A program made the position numbers and the translations under genes. 64,000 nt of DNA from Camelus ferus. Taxonomy: Eukaryota. Within the stretch, counting starts at the first letter, position 1, and the number at the start of each line of letters is the position of its first letter. This document shows positions 52,801 through 63,395 of the stretch, piece after piece. A model generated the notes under the pieces. That model ran no database searches. It was given only the letters and a program-made list of their open reading frames with translations, and was not told where the DNA came from. The stretch spans positions 7,318,001 through 7,382,000 of the forward strand of contig NC_045696.1 in the NCBI RefSeq assembly GCF_009834535.1. The letters are read 5' to 3'.

Positions 52801-55788
52801 GTAGATTTTATGAAAATTATCTAACTCTGTTTTCGGTTTTTATTCGTACCAAAGTGACCTATTGAGCCATTTCCCCCGGCGCCTTCCAGTCCTGACGTGT
52901 TTGTTTCTGCTTTGTTTTAGAGAGCCTTGCTCCCCAAATTTCTCATCAGAGGACATCTCAACTCAACCAGCTGTGTCATCACACAGCCACTGACGGGAGA
53001 GCTGGTGGTTGAGAGCTCGGAGGCCGCCATCAAGAGCATAGAGCTGCAGCTGGTCCGCGTGGAGACGTGCGGTAAGGCCCGCTGTGCCGGTAGGCCGCTG
53101 CCCCCGAGCTCACCGCTGCTGCCCCAGAGCTCGCCGCCCCAGCCCAGTAAACGTGTGTTTGAGGAGAGTGAGATGTGGAGGAAGGGAGGGCTCCTGAGTC
53201 CTGCAGAGCAGGCGGGAGAGCAGGTGACTCGGCTGATGCAGATTCTCATAGCGCCACGACGGGTCTAGGGATCAGCCTGTTGGGGCCTTTGCTGTTTTCT
53301 GACCGCGTGATGCCTTCTCCCTGCTCCAGGGTGTGCAGAGGGATACGCCCGTGATGCCACCGAAATTCAGAACATTCAGATCGCTGACGGGGACGTGTGT
53401 CGGAGCCTCTCCGTCCCCATATACATGGTCTTCCCCCGGCTGTTCACCTGCCCGACGCTGGAGACCACCAACTTCAAAGTGGGTAAGTGAGCCGCTCCCG
53501 GGGTGCTCGTGGGAAGGGCGTAGCCGCAGGAGGGCTGCCCGGTGCTGGGACAGACTCGCTGATCTGCCGGGGTCAGGTGCTGCTCAGGGCGCCCAGTCCT
53601 TTGGTCCCTCAACAGAAACGCATGGAGAGTGCTGAGGGTCTGAGGTGAGCAGTCCCAGCTCTGGGGACCTTGCGTTGCCACCCAGGGAGACAGCGTGGGC
53701 CGGGGAGGGGACGATAAGCTCTGTGAAGGACGCTAACACAGCCAGGGACCAGCCAGCCGAATGTGGGGGGCAGTCAGGGCAGCTCTTCGGATGGGCTGGC
53801 ACTTGAGGGAGACGCAGGATGAGTGACAGCCAGGGTGAGTGTTAATCTTCCCGAGGGCCTTTGCTCCCGCAGCTGAGGGCGTGCGCGTCATTTTCCAGGA
53901 CGGCATGGGTGGATATTTTGAACATAAGATCTGAATCGTATTACAGATGCAGTTTTCTGTCCTGCTTTTTCTCCCTTTGCTTTTTTTTTTTTTTTGATTT
54001 GTAGTCAGTTTACAATGTTGTGTCAATTTCTGGTGCACAGCATGATGTTTCAGTCATACATATACATCCATATATTCCTTTTCATAGTCTTTTTCAGTAT
54101 ATTATGAACATTTCCTTGATTGTAAGGATTCTTATAAATTTTTATTGTATCATTTAATTATTTTATTGGAGGGAGGTAATTAGGTTTATTTATTTTTAGG
54201 GGAGGTTTGGGGATTGAACCTAGGACCTCATGCATGCCAAGCATGCAGTCTGTCACTTGAACTATACTCTCCCCCCTTAAGGATTCTTATAAAATATTTT
54301 GATGTTATGTCCATCCTAAGAAAATCATCATCCTGAGAAAATCGTTATGAAGGTCACTGGGGGGCTCACCCCCAGCTGCAGGGACACAGCAGGAGGACCT
54401 GCGGGCTCAGCCCTCACTGACACAGCCCTCTGCAGGCCAATCGAAAGGACCACAGAAGTGTGTCCGGGCTCTGCGTCGTGTCCCAGGCTCACTGGTAAAT
54501 AGATAGAAAAAGGAGGTTTGCTAACTTGTCCTGCTGTTTTGCCTGCTTCAGTGAGAAGCAGGGACTTCGTTCCCACGGCCAGTGTGTTTTGTTAATATTG
54601 TATTTCACCTATATCTTCTAATGTGCATTATTATTAGTCCAGAGAGAATGTTTTTTTTTTTCCAATTAGACCATGAATTTATTTTAAATAATTACAGATA
54701 ATGTAATTTAAAATTGAAGTAAGTTTCACCACCAAAGTTAAGCGCATGCTGTTTGTTTTAAGAGGGGAAGGTGGGCACCTCTGGAATCACTGGGCACTGC
54801 TTGGCGCTCTCTGAGCTCCCGGGAGGAGCGTGAGCCCTGGAGCTCTGCTCGCTCAGCAGGTCAGAGGCACAGTCCTATCTGAGGAGCCCTCGAGTGCTTT
54901 GTCTGAAACATTACATCATAGCAAGAGCACAATGGGGTCAGGACCCCCTTGTCAATAGCAAAGAGGGCAACGACTCAGCTGTTCACCAAACACGGAAACG
55001 CACAGCAAAATCGACTGGAAGATGACATTGGGTCAGACTTGAGCCACACCAGGGCACCACGATTTTTCTCAAAATCCGTGTATGGTTATCAAGTAGGTAA
55101 CATATGCCCACAGCACACAGTCTAAGAGCACCATGGCCCCAAGTGCAGGGGATGCTCCGGGGAGGGGTCCAGCCCTTTTGCTGTCATCAGCAATGTTTGC
55201 TGAAAGGTAGAAGAGGAGCCTTTGAACAAGAGTTTCAGGGAAGTTAACCAGTATCCACGGGAGCAGCAGTTAAGACTGCTGGCTGTTTCTGAACATCCTG
55301 TCTCACCTGGGACTGGAGACTCATCCCCAAACAGCCTCAGGCCAGTGTGGAGTCCGCTATTTCATTAGGAACTATAGGAAATGTAAAAATAAAGCCAAAG
55401 GGTATGAATGAATTGACAAGATTCTAGAAGATTCTCTTTAGTAACAACAGAGGACAAGGAAGGTGTTTGGGGAAGCTGAGGCCTCACAGCACATTCCAAG
55501 GTGAGGAGACAGACTCACTTGGGCAGTCACGCCAGTGTAGCGTCTACACCGATTCTCCCGGGAGTTTGGGGTGACGTGCGTGGGACAGACACCCATATGG
55601 CACCCAGTGCCCCACTCTGTGGAGACGTGTGGTGCCGGTGGTGGGTGGGTGTTCGGTGTCTGCTCTGCAGCCGATGAGCGTAAAGCTTATCCTTCCTCTT
55701 CGTAGAGTTTGAGGTTAACATCGTGGTGCTGCTGCACCCCGACCACCTCATCACGGAGAACTTCCCGCTGAAGCTGTGCAGGACGTAG
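16442..55788 (+). CDS. VPS26C: VPS26C/DSCR3 (Retriever complex subunit, arrestin-like VPS26 family); 8 exons join(16442..16498,40760..40903,41968..42117,46474..46554,48697..48771,52921..53071,53330..53482,55706..55788), 297 aa
   Basis: Exon lengths 57+144+150+81+75+151+153+83=894 nt, all introns GT-AG, no internal stop. Translation: [297 protein letters not shown]. Recognised from memory as mammalian DSCR3/VPS26C. Confidence 0.98.
17965..18620 (-). mobile_element. L1MB-like 3' region
   Basis: caactttattgagat...aaaattcacccttttaaagtgtacag...gatggacatttgggttg...cagcagtgtatgagggttcca. Confidence 0.85.
19127..20131 (-). mobile_element. Tigger2-derived non-autonomous DNA transposon (TcMar-Tigger)
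   Basis: TIRs cagctgacccttgaacaac ... ttgttgctcaagtctcaactg flanked by TA on both sides (19125-19126, 20132-20133). Confidence 0.9.
20134..20263 (-). mobile_element. Vic-1-type SINE
   Basis: gaggtactggtggttgaacccaggacc...ccacttgagctataccc; TSD tcaactgt(a/c)tttttt. Confidence 0.9.
20281..20414 (-). mobile_element. Short L1 3' end
   Basis: attgaagtatagttagttacaatgtgtc...ggttattacaagatactgaatatagt; TSD shared with the adjacent SINE. Confidence 0.85.
20798..20925 (+). mobile_element. Vic-1-type SINE
   Basis: ggggagggtatagcttagcagtagag...gggttcaatccccagtacctcc; TSD aaagattcagttcctaa / aaagattcaattgctaa. Confidence 0.9.
22265..23681 (-). mobile_element. 5'-truncated L1 (about 1.35 kb) plus a 57-bp L1 tail at 22265-22321
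   Basis: ORF2 remnants [23 protein letters not shown] and [17 protein letters not shown] on the minus strand; triplicated target site. Confidence 0.92.
25213..25355 (-). mobile_element. Vic-1-type SINE in an L1 poly(A) tail
   Basis: gaggtaccggggattgaacctaggacc...cacttgagctataccctcccc. Confidence 0.88.
25376..25670 (-). mobile_element. L1 3' end
   Basis: attgaagtataatcagttacag...tatgtctgcgagtctgtttc. Confidence 0.85.
25700..26010. mobile_element. MIR fragments
   Basis: cccattttatggttgagaagactgag; tttcatctgtaggatggggctgata...gttgtgagaatgaaatgagataa. Confidence 0.7.
30668..30723. repeat. 28-bp tandem duplication
   Basis: tacacttagaagaagccggctgtgtttt / tacacttagaagaagccggctgcgtttt (1 mismatch). 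Confidence 0.95.
31060..31570 (-). mobile_element. Old L1 (L1MC/ME-like) 3' region
   Basis: Minus ORF 31359..31601 contains degenerate [11 protein letters not shown]. Confidence 0.75.
32700..37230 (-). mobile_element. Long, heavily decayed ancient L1M (ORF2 to ORF1 region), antisense in intron 1
   Basis: Collinear L1 motifs; minus ORF 34821..35078 has NYNLPILT and KAPGPESFT (ORF2 KxPGPDGFT-like). Confidence 0.75.
33333..33476 (-). mobile_element. Vic-1-type SINE
   Basis: Perfect 12-bp TSD atttagtgcttt (33321-33332 / 33477-33488). Confidence 0.9.
39025..39147 (-). mobile_element. Short young L1 3' end
   Basis: Perfect 14-bp TSD gctttttccttctt (39011-39024 / 39148-39161). Confidence 0.88.
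40760..40903 (+). CDS. VPS26C: VPS26C exon 2 (EMLSG...FYNSVK), 144 nt
   Basis: Acceptor tctcctctcccctag|GAA, donor AAG|gtgagg; phase 0-0. Confidence 0.97.
41968..42117 (+). CDS. VPS26C: VPS26C exon 3 (PIQII...VFVNIQ), 150 nt
   Basis: Acceptor tttttctttacag|CCT, donor CAG|gtgagt; phase 0-0. Confidence 0.97.
44930..45180. mobile_element. MIR/L2 fragments
   Basis: gttcaaatcccacttctg, catagtgcctggcacat, aaatatttgccaaatga. Confidence 0.65.
46474..46554 (+). CDS. VPS26C: VPS26C exon 4 (YTLRC...IVHSA), 81 nt
   Basis: Acceptor cttttccctccag|TAC, donor GCT|gtaagc; phase 0-0. Confidence 0.96.
48150..48580. mobile_element. MIR fragments
   Basis: ggagccaggctgcctgggttggaatc...gctctgccacttac; cattttacagatgaggaagttgag. 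Confidence 0.7.
48697..48771 (+). CDS. VPS26C: VPS26C exon 5 (PQKGK...QNVKE), 75 nt
   Basis: Acceptor ttcctcctgttttag|CCT, donor GAG|gtaacg; phase 0-0. Confidence 0.96.
49650..51100 (-). mobile_element. Decayed ancient L1M containing a short L1 tail (about 50100-50195)
   Basis: T-rich L1-like motifs (ctaggtagaatatcctggct, acaatctgattc); L1 tail gaagtaaaattaatttacaatgttagtttc. Confidence 0.55.
51701..51788 (-). mobile_element. Short Vic-1-type SINE (head plus poly(A) only)
   Basis: T-run then aatggaggtactggggatttgaacccaggacc...ccactgagctctacccgcccc. Confidence 0.82.
52060..52226. mobile_element. MER33/MER3-like hAT-Charlie fragment
   Basis: attgattacatgtagaagtgataatattttggatata...tgtgactactagaaaattttaaattacat...ttggacagtggtgttcta. 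Confidence 0.75.
52921..53071 (+). CDS. VPS26C: VPS26C exon 6 (RALLP...RVETC), 151 nt
   Basis: Acceptor ctttgttttag|AGA, donor GCG|gtaagg; phase 0-1; matches the start of track ORF 52927..53268. Confidence 0.97.
53330..53482 (+). CDS. VPS26C: VPS26C exon 7 (GCAEG...TNFKV), 153 nt
   Basis: Acceptor ttctccctgctccag|GG, donor TGG|gtaagt; phase 1-1. Confidence 0.97.
53980..54100 (-). mobile_element. Short L1 3' end
   Basis: T-run then gtagtcagtttacaatgttgtgtcaatttctggtg. Confidence 0.8.
54139..54277 (-). mobile_element. Vic-1-type SINE in intron 7
   Basis: Perfect 16-bp TSD taaggattcttataaa (54123-54138 / 54278-54293). Confidence 0.92.
55706..55788 (+). CDS. VPS26C: VPS26C exon 8 coding part (EFEVN...KLCRT*)
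   Basis: Acceptor ccttcctcttcgtag|AG, stop TAG at 55786-55788. Confidence 0.97.
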
Positions 55789-57100
55789 CCCAGGCGGCCT
55801 CACAGCGCCCAGGCCCGCGGCGTCACACTCGTTACATGATGACTCTGTAGCAGAAGCGAGTCTGACCCTTCCGACCGCAAGGCCCTTCCTCATTTCCTCC
55901 AGGCTTCTGCTGCCGGCGGCACCTCTGGTCAGAGCTTTCCTTCCAAATTCCTCAGGACTGCTTGACTGTACTGGCAAGACCGTCTCCCAGAAAGCGGATT
56001 TCCTGTGACTCCTGACTCACCTGCTCCTTTCTAGGTTGAGGAAACAGTTGTCAGAGAGTTCCACCTCTGCTGGGAAGTGAGGTCAGGGACGAGGGAAACC
56101 TCCTGACTGGTCCACGGATGTGACCGGGACTCCAGGCAGCAAAGCCACCTCTCAGGATGGTGACAGGCGTCTGCGGACGCCCACTGGGGAGGGTGCTCGT
56201 GGCGTCGGCTGGAAATATGTAACGTGTTTTCCACTCTGCTCTCTTTTGTAACTTTTTTTTTTACGACTTCAGAACTTTTAGGAAACTGGAAAACGTGGTC
56301 CTTGCTCTCAGGAGTGAGGGGATTTGGTGACTACGCTGGTGTGAGGGTAATTCTGAAATCACTGGTGTGAAATGGCGTGGGCTCTATTCCCAGAATCGTT
56401 AAGTGTGAAGGTGGTCAGGGTGAAAAGGCGTGTCCGTGCCTGTTGTCGGCTGGGTTCTGAGTGGCAGGAGACCTTGGGTGCCAAGTGAAGACCCCACTAC
56501 ACTGGGTGGTGCCAGGAAAACAAACACCCTGGACTCGGTGGACTGGCTGCCCCCGTCCTCCTTGAAAGCCACTTTCTCCCTCGCCTTCCATTGTGGTTTG
56601 CAGTATTAGGGGGTTTACAGCACATTGCTTCCTTCAGATCCTGCCATCGTTTCTGTGGGTCCACAGTGGACCAGACCTTACGCCGTGTGCTTTGCATGCT
56701 GCCTGGACTTCCCAGCATCCCTCTGCCTGACGCCCCGGGTGGTGCCGCCATTGTCCTGGGACAGCGTGGTGACCTGTGATGCCGAGGGCCCAGGCTCTGC
56801 ATTACCCTTGGGCTTCACCGGTGAAATGGATACAGCTTATTCCCTGAGCCATTAAAAGTTGGTTCCCAGAGAAACCTTTCCAGTTTATAAATCTCCTTTT
56901 ACGCACACATGACATTAATGATCTGATGAGGTGTTTAAACCAGACTAGCAGAAGACAAGGAGTCCGTACTTTCCGAGAAATTTCAAAAGTAGAAATCATT
57001 TTTAATGGGAAGAAAAGCTAAATGAGAATCCTGAGAAAAGGTCTAGGACTTATATATTGCTGTATAATTTGTTAAGTAAACCAATTTTATGGACGGAAAT
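55789..57100 (+). other. VPS26C: Probable VPS26C 3' UTR (3' end uncertain)
   Basis: Repeat-free sequence after the stop that becomes AT-rich near 56850-57100; variant poly(A) signals ATTAAA 56851-56856 and AGTAAA 57075-57080. Confidence 0.55.
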
Positions 57101-60100
57101 ATGATGAGTCCTTTCCTTAGGGAATAATTGTCACCTGAAGAGCTGACAGCAGCCCGGCAGCTTTAAAATTATCACCTTTATCATTTCATTCAACCCCAAG
57201 GGGCACAAGGAAGGGCCATTCCCTTCCCCTTCTTGTTCGGACCCTTGCACCGTGGGTTTTTAAGGAAAGCTTGAATGGTTGAGTGTCTTGGACAGCAGCC
57301 CTCCCGCTGCTGCCCCGGCTGGAGCTGGGGTGTCCACTGTCAGAGTCTCACATTAGAGCCAGAGGAGGGGAGGTGAAGGAAAGAGCCCGTGAACCGTGAA
57401 TCTGAAACTGTATTTTTTTTAGAAATGCCCTTTCAGGTAGGAGCATCTTTCGGCTCTTAGAGCCCCAGCAAAAATAGGGCCCAGCTCCAGTTCTCAGCCG
57501 ACTTGTAGGTTCCACAGTAAAGGTGGAGGGGTAAACCAGAGAGAAAACATTTTAAAAAGTACAAGCATCGCGCCTGACTGCATCCGGTGTTCATATCCCG
57601 AGCCCACCTGCTCCGGTAGCTGGTAGGGAGGTAGAACCGTGATGTCATTTCTGCCTTCATCACTGGAGTCTCCTAATTCCTGAGTCTGAGTCTGAATTAC
57701 CTGTAAAACCTTTGGGGTAAGATCCCCTCCCTGTGCTGGCCGTGGTTTGGGCTGTGGTGGGTTGCCAGTGCTCTCCACAGCCCCCTCTCATTCCCCATCC
57801 TGTTCAGAAGCAATGTTGCATTTCCGTGGACGCACACTTGCCTGGCTGGGCACTTACACCCAGCTCCTTTGCAGCTAGGTGTGATCATGTGACAAGGACG
57901 ACACGGGCCTCTTCCCACGGCTAGACCAGGACCAGGCTGTGTCCTGGCCTGGACTGTGCTGGATCACAGCACAATGAACATGTGAGCAGAGCAGCCCACC
58001 TCCCACCTCGGTCACCATCACAGGAGAGGGGCAGAAATGGACGCATCTTCAAACCACTGGGTTGCTGGGTGTCCTGGCGGCGGCAGCTCAGCCTGAAGCC
58101 AGTGGCGGGATGGGTGGGAGTTCACCCTCACAGGGCCCAGTCCCACCCCTGCCTCTCGGGGGGCCCGAGGTCCACGTGCATAGGATGAAGAAACACTCCT
58201 TTCACCTTCGTGCCCACCCTTCATGCCCATGAGCCAGGACGACGTCAGCACGCTCAGGGGTCCAGACCCTTGCCGGGGCCCATCTGGTCAAGGGCCAGGG
58301 CAGGTGTAGACCCAGCACTCCCAGGAGCCATTGCTGTGTGGCCAGCGGTCCCGGGACCCAGCTGGACCCAGCCCTACCCAGTAAAAGCTCCCTGAGCAGA
58401 GTGGTAGGAAAGTGGGCTGGTTTGCATTGTCACTAACCGAGCAGGGGATTAAAAAGACTAGTTTAGGCTTTCCTTGGAGAAGTGTCAATGCTGAGATGAA
58501 CTCCGTGATGACAGCCCTAATGCAGCCGGCCTGTTTTGGGAGGAGGGCTGCTGCGGGCTCGCGTGTCTGGTGCCTGGCTCCCAAACGTCCTTGAGACCTG
58601 CAGGGGTCCTGCCTCAAGGAAGGCCACCCTCCCGTTCCTGAGGGGTGGGCTGCATGCCGCTCCTGCACCAGAGGCTCCCCTGGGATGGTTTGCAGTTGCT
58701 GGAGGTTAACATACCAACCGTGGCTTTGCACCTAACAAGAGCAGGGACTGGACAATGTTAGTTACTCTGGACCAGACCCTGTTCTGAGTGCCGTGCACAT
58801 GTTCCCTTATTTAGTTGTGTAGTTCCTGCCTTACGAGGCGGGAACTGCCGCCCACCCAACTTACAGATGAGGGGGTTGTGGGAAAGCCCCCATCCGTGTC
58901 TCCGCACACCTCACCTCCCCCCGGGGAGCAGCTGTTCAGCCTGGTACAGTTTTACCTGCACGAGGCCCGGTCTCCGTCACCTTGCTGTGTCTGGACTCCA
59001 CTTTGCCACGTTGGTGACTTGCTTTTCCCCACCACACGCCATCAGTTCTGCTCAGCTGAGTCAAACAAGATGAAGTCGTGAGACTAAGGATACGATTTGC
59101 AGCTGTGTCCAGTTTAAGAATGAGGTGAGTGGTTAAAGACCCGGAAGTCCAAGGGAAAACCACATCCTAGTCTTGATTTCCTTTACGTAGAGTGAAAATA
59201 TCAGGGAATGTTCTAGGCCTGTTCAGGGCACTACAACGTGCTTTGGTAAGTGACCTCGCGGTAGCCTTCTTAGGGGGTGTTAGTCCCACTCAGCCAAGCG
59301 CACAGAAGCTGTGACCTGCCCAGGCCACGCTGCTCAGCTGAGTCTTGGCTTCACGTTACCTGCAGTGAGAACTAGGCAGGTAGCCGTGGCCTAAGTGTGC
59401 ATGTGGTCTTGGTCGTGGGGAGCGATTGCTGACTGCTTCATGAACTATTGCTACTGATGTCACTCTTCGTAATTCCCAGCTGGCTTTCAAGAAAGGTAGA
59501 ACGTTTTCTGGGAAGAAATCTGTTTCCCTGGTAAGGCTTACCCAAGCTGACTTATGTTGGGACTCTGCATAAGAGGAGAGATGAAAAATTACACAGCAGA
59601 ACGCTTACCTGGGAAAATGCTCTGTGGAGGGAAGGCCTTATTTTGAATATAAATATTTCTGTTACCCCAAGACTGTCAAAACTAGCCACTTGGGTAGAAT
59701 AAAATGTCTGTGGGTCTAAGTGGTGGAGGTGAGAGTAAGGTCCAGGTCGATACCTTCCCTACTCTGACCACTGAAAGCTATTTATTTTTGAGTCTGTCAG
59801 TAGTTAGAGTATTCAGAGAGTGTGACTAGGTGACAAGGCCACCTCATTTGTAGAGTTAAAGCTGATCAACCTACACTTAACAAGGAGCAGTCAAATTATT
59901 AGAAAATAGTGGAGGGGGTGCAAACTGAGGCGTGAAAGCTCAGTGAGGACCCCTGATGCCCAACTCTGCTTTCCTGTGAATGCCACTGATAAAGTGGGAG
60001 TGCCCGAGCCCCCCATCCAGGTAGGTAAGATTCTGACTTGGTGGGGTTTTCTGTGCCAAACCCAGCCAGTTCCTCTAAAGCTTTCCATGTAACAGAAGAA

Positions 60101-61009
60101 ACACATACTCTGGAGGTTTTAAGTCCTTAGAAAAGCATAAAGACATAATTCGTGCCTGCTTTAAGACACTTGTCAGAGCACTGGCTTGATGGAGACCAAG
60201 GGCGGAGATAACACCAAAACATTTGGTTTGCCTGTCATCTGCCTGTCGTTTCCCCAAAGGAGGCCTCTGTCTGGTTCCCTTGACAAAGTCCAGCTGTGGC
60301 TGAGACCGTGAAGGCCCACGGAGAAGCAACTCCGGAGAAGAGGGTAACTGAGAGGCAGGGTTTGTTCAACAAAGGGCCCCACGATGGGGGACGTGGTCAC
60401 TTCCTTTCTCAGGGGCCACTGTCTCCCATCTGAGTCAAGGACTAGGGCTTCAAGACCACAAACTCTAAGTGACAGGAATGGGACAAGCTTTTCTGTCTGC
60501 AGGTGAGCAGCCGCCTTGGGGAGGCTGGGCCCACAGCCCAGACTTCCTGCAGCCTGATACACAAGAAAGGGGTGTGCTCAGACGTAGTTGTGGAAGGGTG
60601 GTAGAAAAGAGCAGAAAAATAAAAATCTTGAATATTCATTTTTGTTTTAAAATAGCTTCAATAGCAATATGTTTTTAAGAAAACTCAGATTCAAAATCCA
60701 CTACATTAAAAGAGCAGACAAATTTGAGTTTAGTATTTATTTCCTAAAATGTTCACCACCATGTTGCTTTATATTTTACAGAAAATTTGTTTTTTTTTAA
60801 TCCATGGAAAATTTGCAAAAATGAAATGCCGCAAAGAAACAAACTCAATAAAATTCTAACACATAGAATGCCCCCACCACATACAGTACCGTAGTGCAGT
60901 AAAATTAAAAATTGATCTGAAAGGAAAACCAAGTTCAATAGAACCACTTGTAAGTTTTATAACGTTCTTCAAAGAGGAAACCAAAACTTCTCTTATGGAC
61001 CCTTTAGAC

Positions 61010-61648
61010 TTAATGAAAATGAGTATACATATAGCAAGGGCTTTTTATGGCCAGTGCTGTAGTCAGAGGAAAATTCTTAGCCTTAAATGTTTTCATTATA
61101 CCAGAGAGAATGAAAACCAATGAGTTAGGCATTCAAACTAAAAGTCTAGAAAAACAAAATAAATAGGAAATAATGATAAAAGCAGGAACTAATTGACATG
61201 AAAGTAAAAACACTGGAAATTTATAAATTAGGCTGTGAGTTTGTCCTTTGAAAAGACTAATTCAACTGGCCTTTTAATAGAGCAAAATAAAACAAAGGGG
61301 GAAAAAGAAATATGTAATACTAGGAATAATTTCAGATTAAAAGGACCCTGATAAGAATTATATTATGGGATGCACCTTTCCTGCTAATAAATTTGCAAAC
61401 TTCAATAAAATACAGAGTGACTCCAGAAAAGAATTAAAATGATAGCTTATGGAAGAAAGTGGAAAATTGCCAAAGAAATGTCACTGAAAAGGTGCTAAGC
61501 CCAGATGGTTTTACAGCAGGTTTCTGTTGAAGCTTTAAAGATTAGATAGTTCCTCTGCTATTTAAACTGTTGCAGGCTATAGAGAAGGATGAAAACCCTC
61601 CCAATTTATTTTATGAAATCAGTGTAGCCCTGATAAAAAAATCTGACA
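61010..61648 (+). mobile_element. Ancient L1M ORF2 remnant
   Basis: A-rich; gcccagatggttttacag (PDGFT-like) and cccaatttattttatgaaatcag (PNxFYE-like). Confidence 0.7.
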
Positions 61649-61649
61649 T

Positions 61650-61980
61650 TGTCAGTTAAAATTAGGATTAGCTGTGAGTAAAGGAGTCTCCCAAATTAGA
61701 GTAGCTGAAACAGGACTCACTTAAATATCCCCAGGTAGGTAGTCCAGAGCTGGCATAGCAGCTCAGAGCCAAGATGTCCTCAGAGATCCAGGTTACTTCC
61801 AGCTCACTGTGACACCTTTCCTAGGCTGTGGCCCCTGTCTTCATGGTCTAAGGGAGTAGCAGCTAGTTCCAGCCATCACATCTGCATTTCAGGCAGCAGG
61901 ATAGGAGAAAGGATGAAGGTGAAAAAAGGTCCAATGCCAGGTGCCAGCTCTATTGAAGATCGTCTTGCTGGATGCCATAA
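61650..61980 (-). mobile_element. MLT1K/L-like LTR fragment
   Basis: ggtagtccagagctggca...ccagccatcacatctgcatttcaggcagcagga. Confidence 0.65.
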
Positions 61981-62084
61981 GATATATATTCTTTTATTTT
62001 AACCTTTAACTTTGGAAATGTCAAATACACAGAAAAGGACAGAGTCATATAGATTATGTCATACACAGAATATGTCTATTTGTT

Positions 62085-62433
62085 ACCATCTTTATTGAGA
62101 GAGAATTCATGAACCATAAAATTTACCCATTAAAAATACACACTTCAATACTTTTTTGTATATTCACAGAGTGGGGAACTGTCACCAAAATCCAAATTTA
62201 GAACATTTTCTTTACTCCAAAAAGAAACCCTGAATCCATTAGCAGTAAGACCCTTCCTCTCTTAAATCCTAAGCAACCATTAATCTACTTTATGTCTCCG
62301 TTGGCTTGCCTCTTCTGGATATTTCATATAAATGCAATCATACCTTATGTGGTCTTTTGTGCCTGGCTTCTGTCACTTAGCATCATGTGTTTAAGGCTCA
62401 TCTGCATTGCAATCTGTATCAGTACCTCATACC
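62085..62433 (-). mobile_element. L1MB-like 3' end, interrupted at 62434
   Basis: ctttattgaga...aaaatttacccat...ttctggatatttcatataaatg...atcagtacctcatacc. Confidence 0.82.
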
Positions 62434-62929
62434 TTTTTTTTTTTTACATTCTTAGGTGTGTTTTTAATTAGTGGGTAATGACTATCTTTTATGAGCAGAT
62501 TTCACATAATTAGTTCACACATGCATTTTTTTTATAGAATGAAAAGCTGGAGATAAGGGGTTATGATCTATAAATAGGATACTCTTAGCTTAAAAAAAAA
62601 TTATTGCAATTCCTTTCAGATACCAGAACCAGATGTTTTGGTTTGGACTATCAAATAGAAATGGGGAATTCCTTGGCATGCAGACCTAAGTCCATCCTAG
62701 AATATGGATGTAAATATATTCCATGGCAGCTTTTATTTATATTTGAATAGACTACAGAGCAGTTAGAAAAATATTCTACAACACTAAGTTAGTAGCTTTA
62801 CTGAGCACTTAATGTGGCAGGTGTATTGTGCTATAAACTTTACATAGCTTATTTCGTAATCATTATCAGAAGCTTGTAAAATAGATATTTTTTCATGAGT
62901 CATTTTATTTTTATTTATAAGTTGCCTGC

Positions 62930-63344
62930 TTTTTTTTATTGAGGTATAGTTGATTTACAATATTATGTAAGTTTCAGGTGTACAACACACTAATTCACAA
63001 ATTTTAAAGGTTATACCCCATTCATAGCTAGTATAAAATATTAGCTATATTCCCTGTGCTGTATAATATATCTTTGTAACTTGTTTATTTTATACATAGT
63101 AGTTTATACCTCTTAATCCTGTACTCCTCTTTTGCCCCTCCCCACTCCCCTCTCCCCACTGTTAACCACTAGTTTGTTCTCTATATCTGCGAGTCTTTTT
63201 CTTTTTTGTTATATTTACTAGTTTTATTTCTTAATAACACACATATGTGATAACACAGTATTTGTCTTTCTCTGTCTGACTTATTACACTAAGCATAATA
63301 CCCTCTGGGTCCATCGATACTCTTTTTTATGTCTGAGTATATTG

Positions 63345-63395
<51 letters not shown>

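Noticed and set aside
55836..55866. C/D box snoRNA (ATGATGA...CTGA)
   Set aside because: Only about 30 nt long, exonic, and without a terminal stem.
57090..57112. Hammerhead-like words GGAC-GGAAA...TGATGA-GTCC; also CTGATGAG at 56923
   Set aside because: No room for stems I and III or a cleavage triplet; the core is incomplete.
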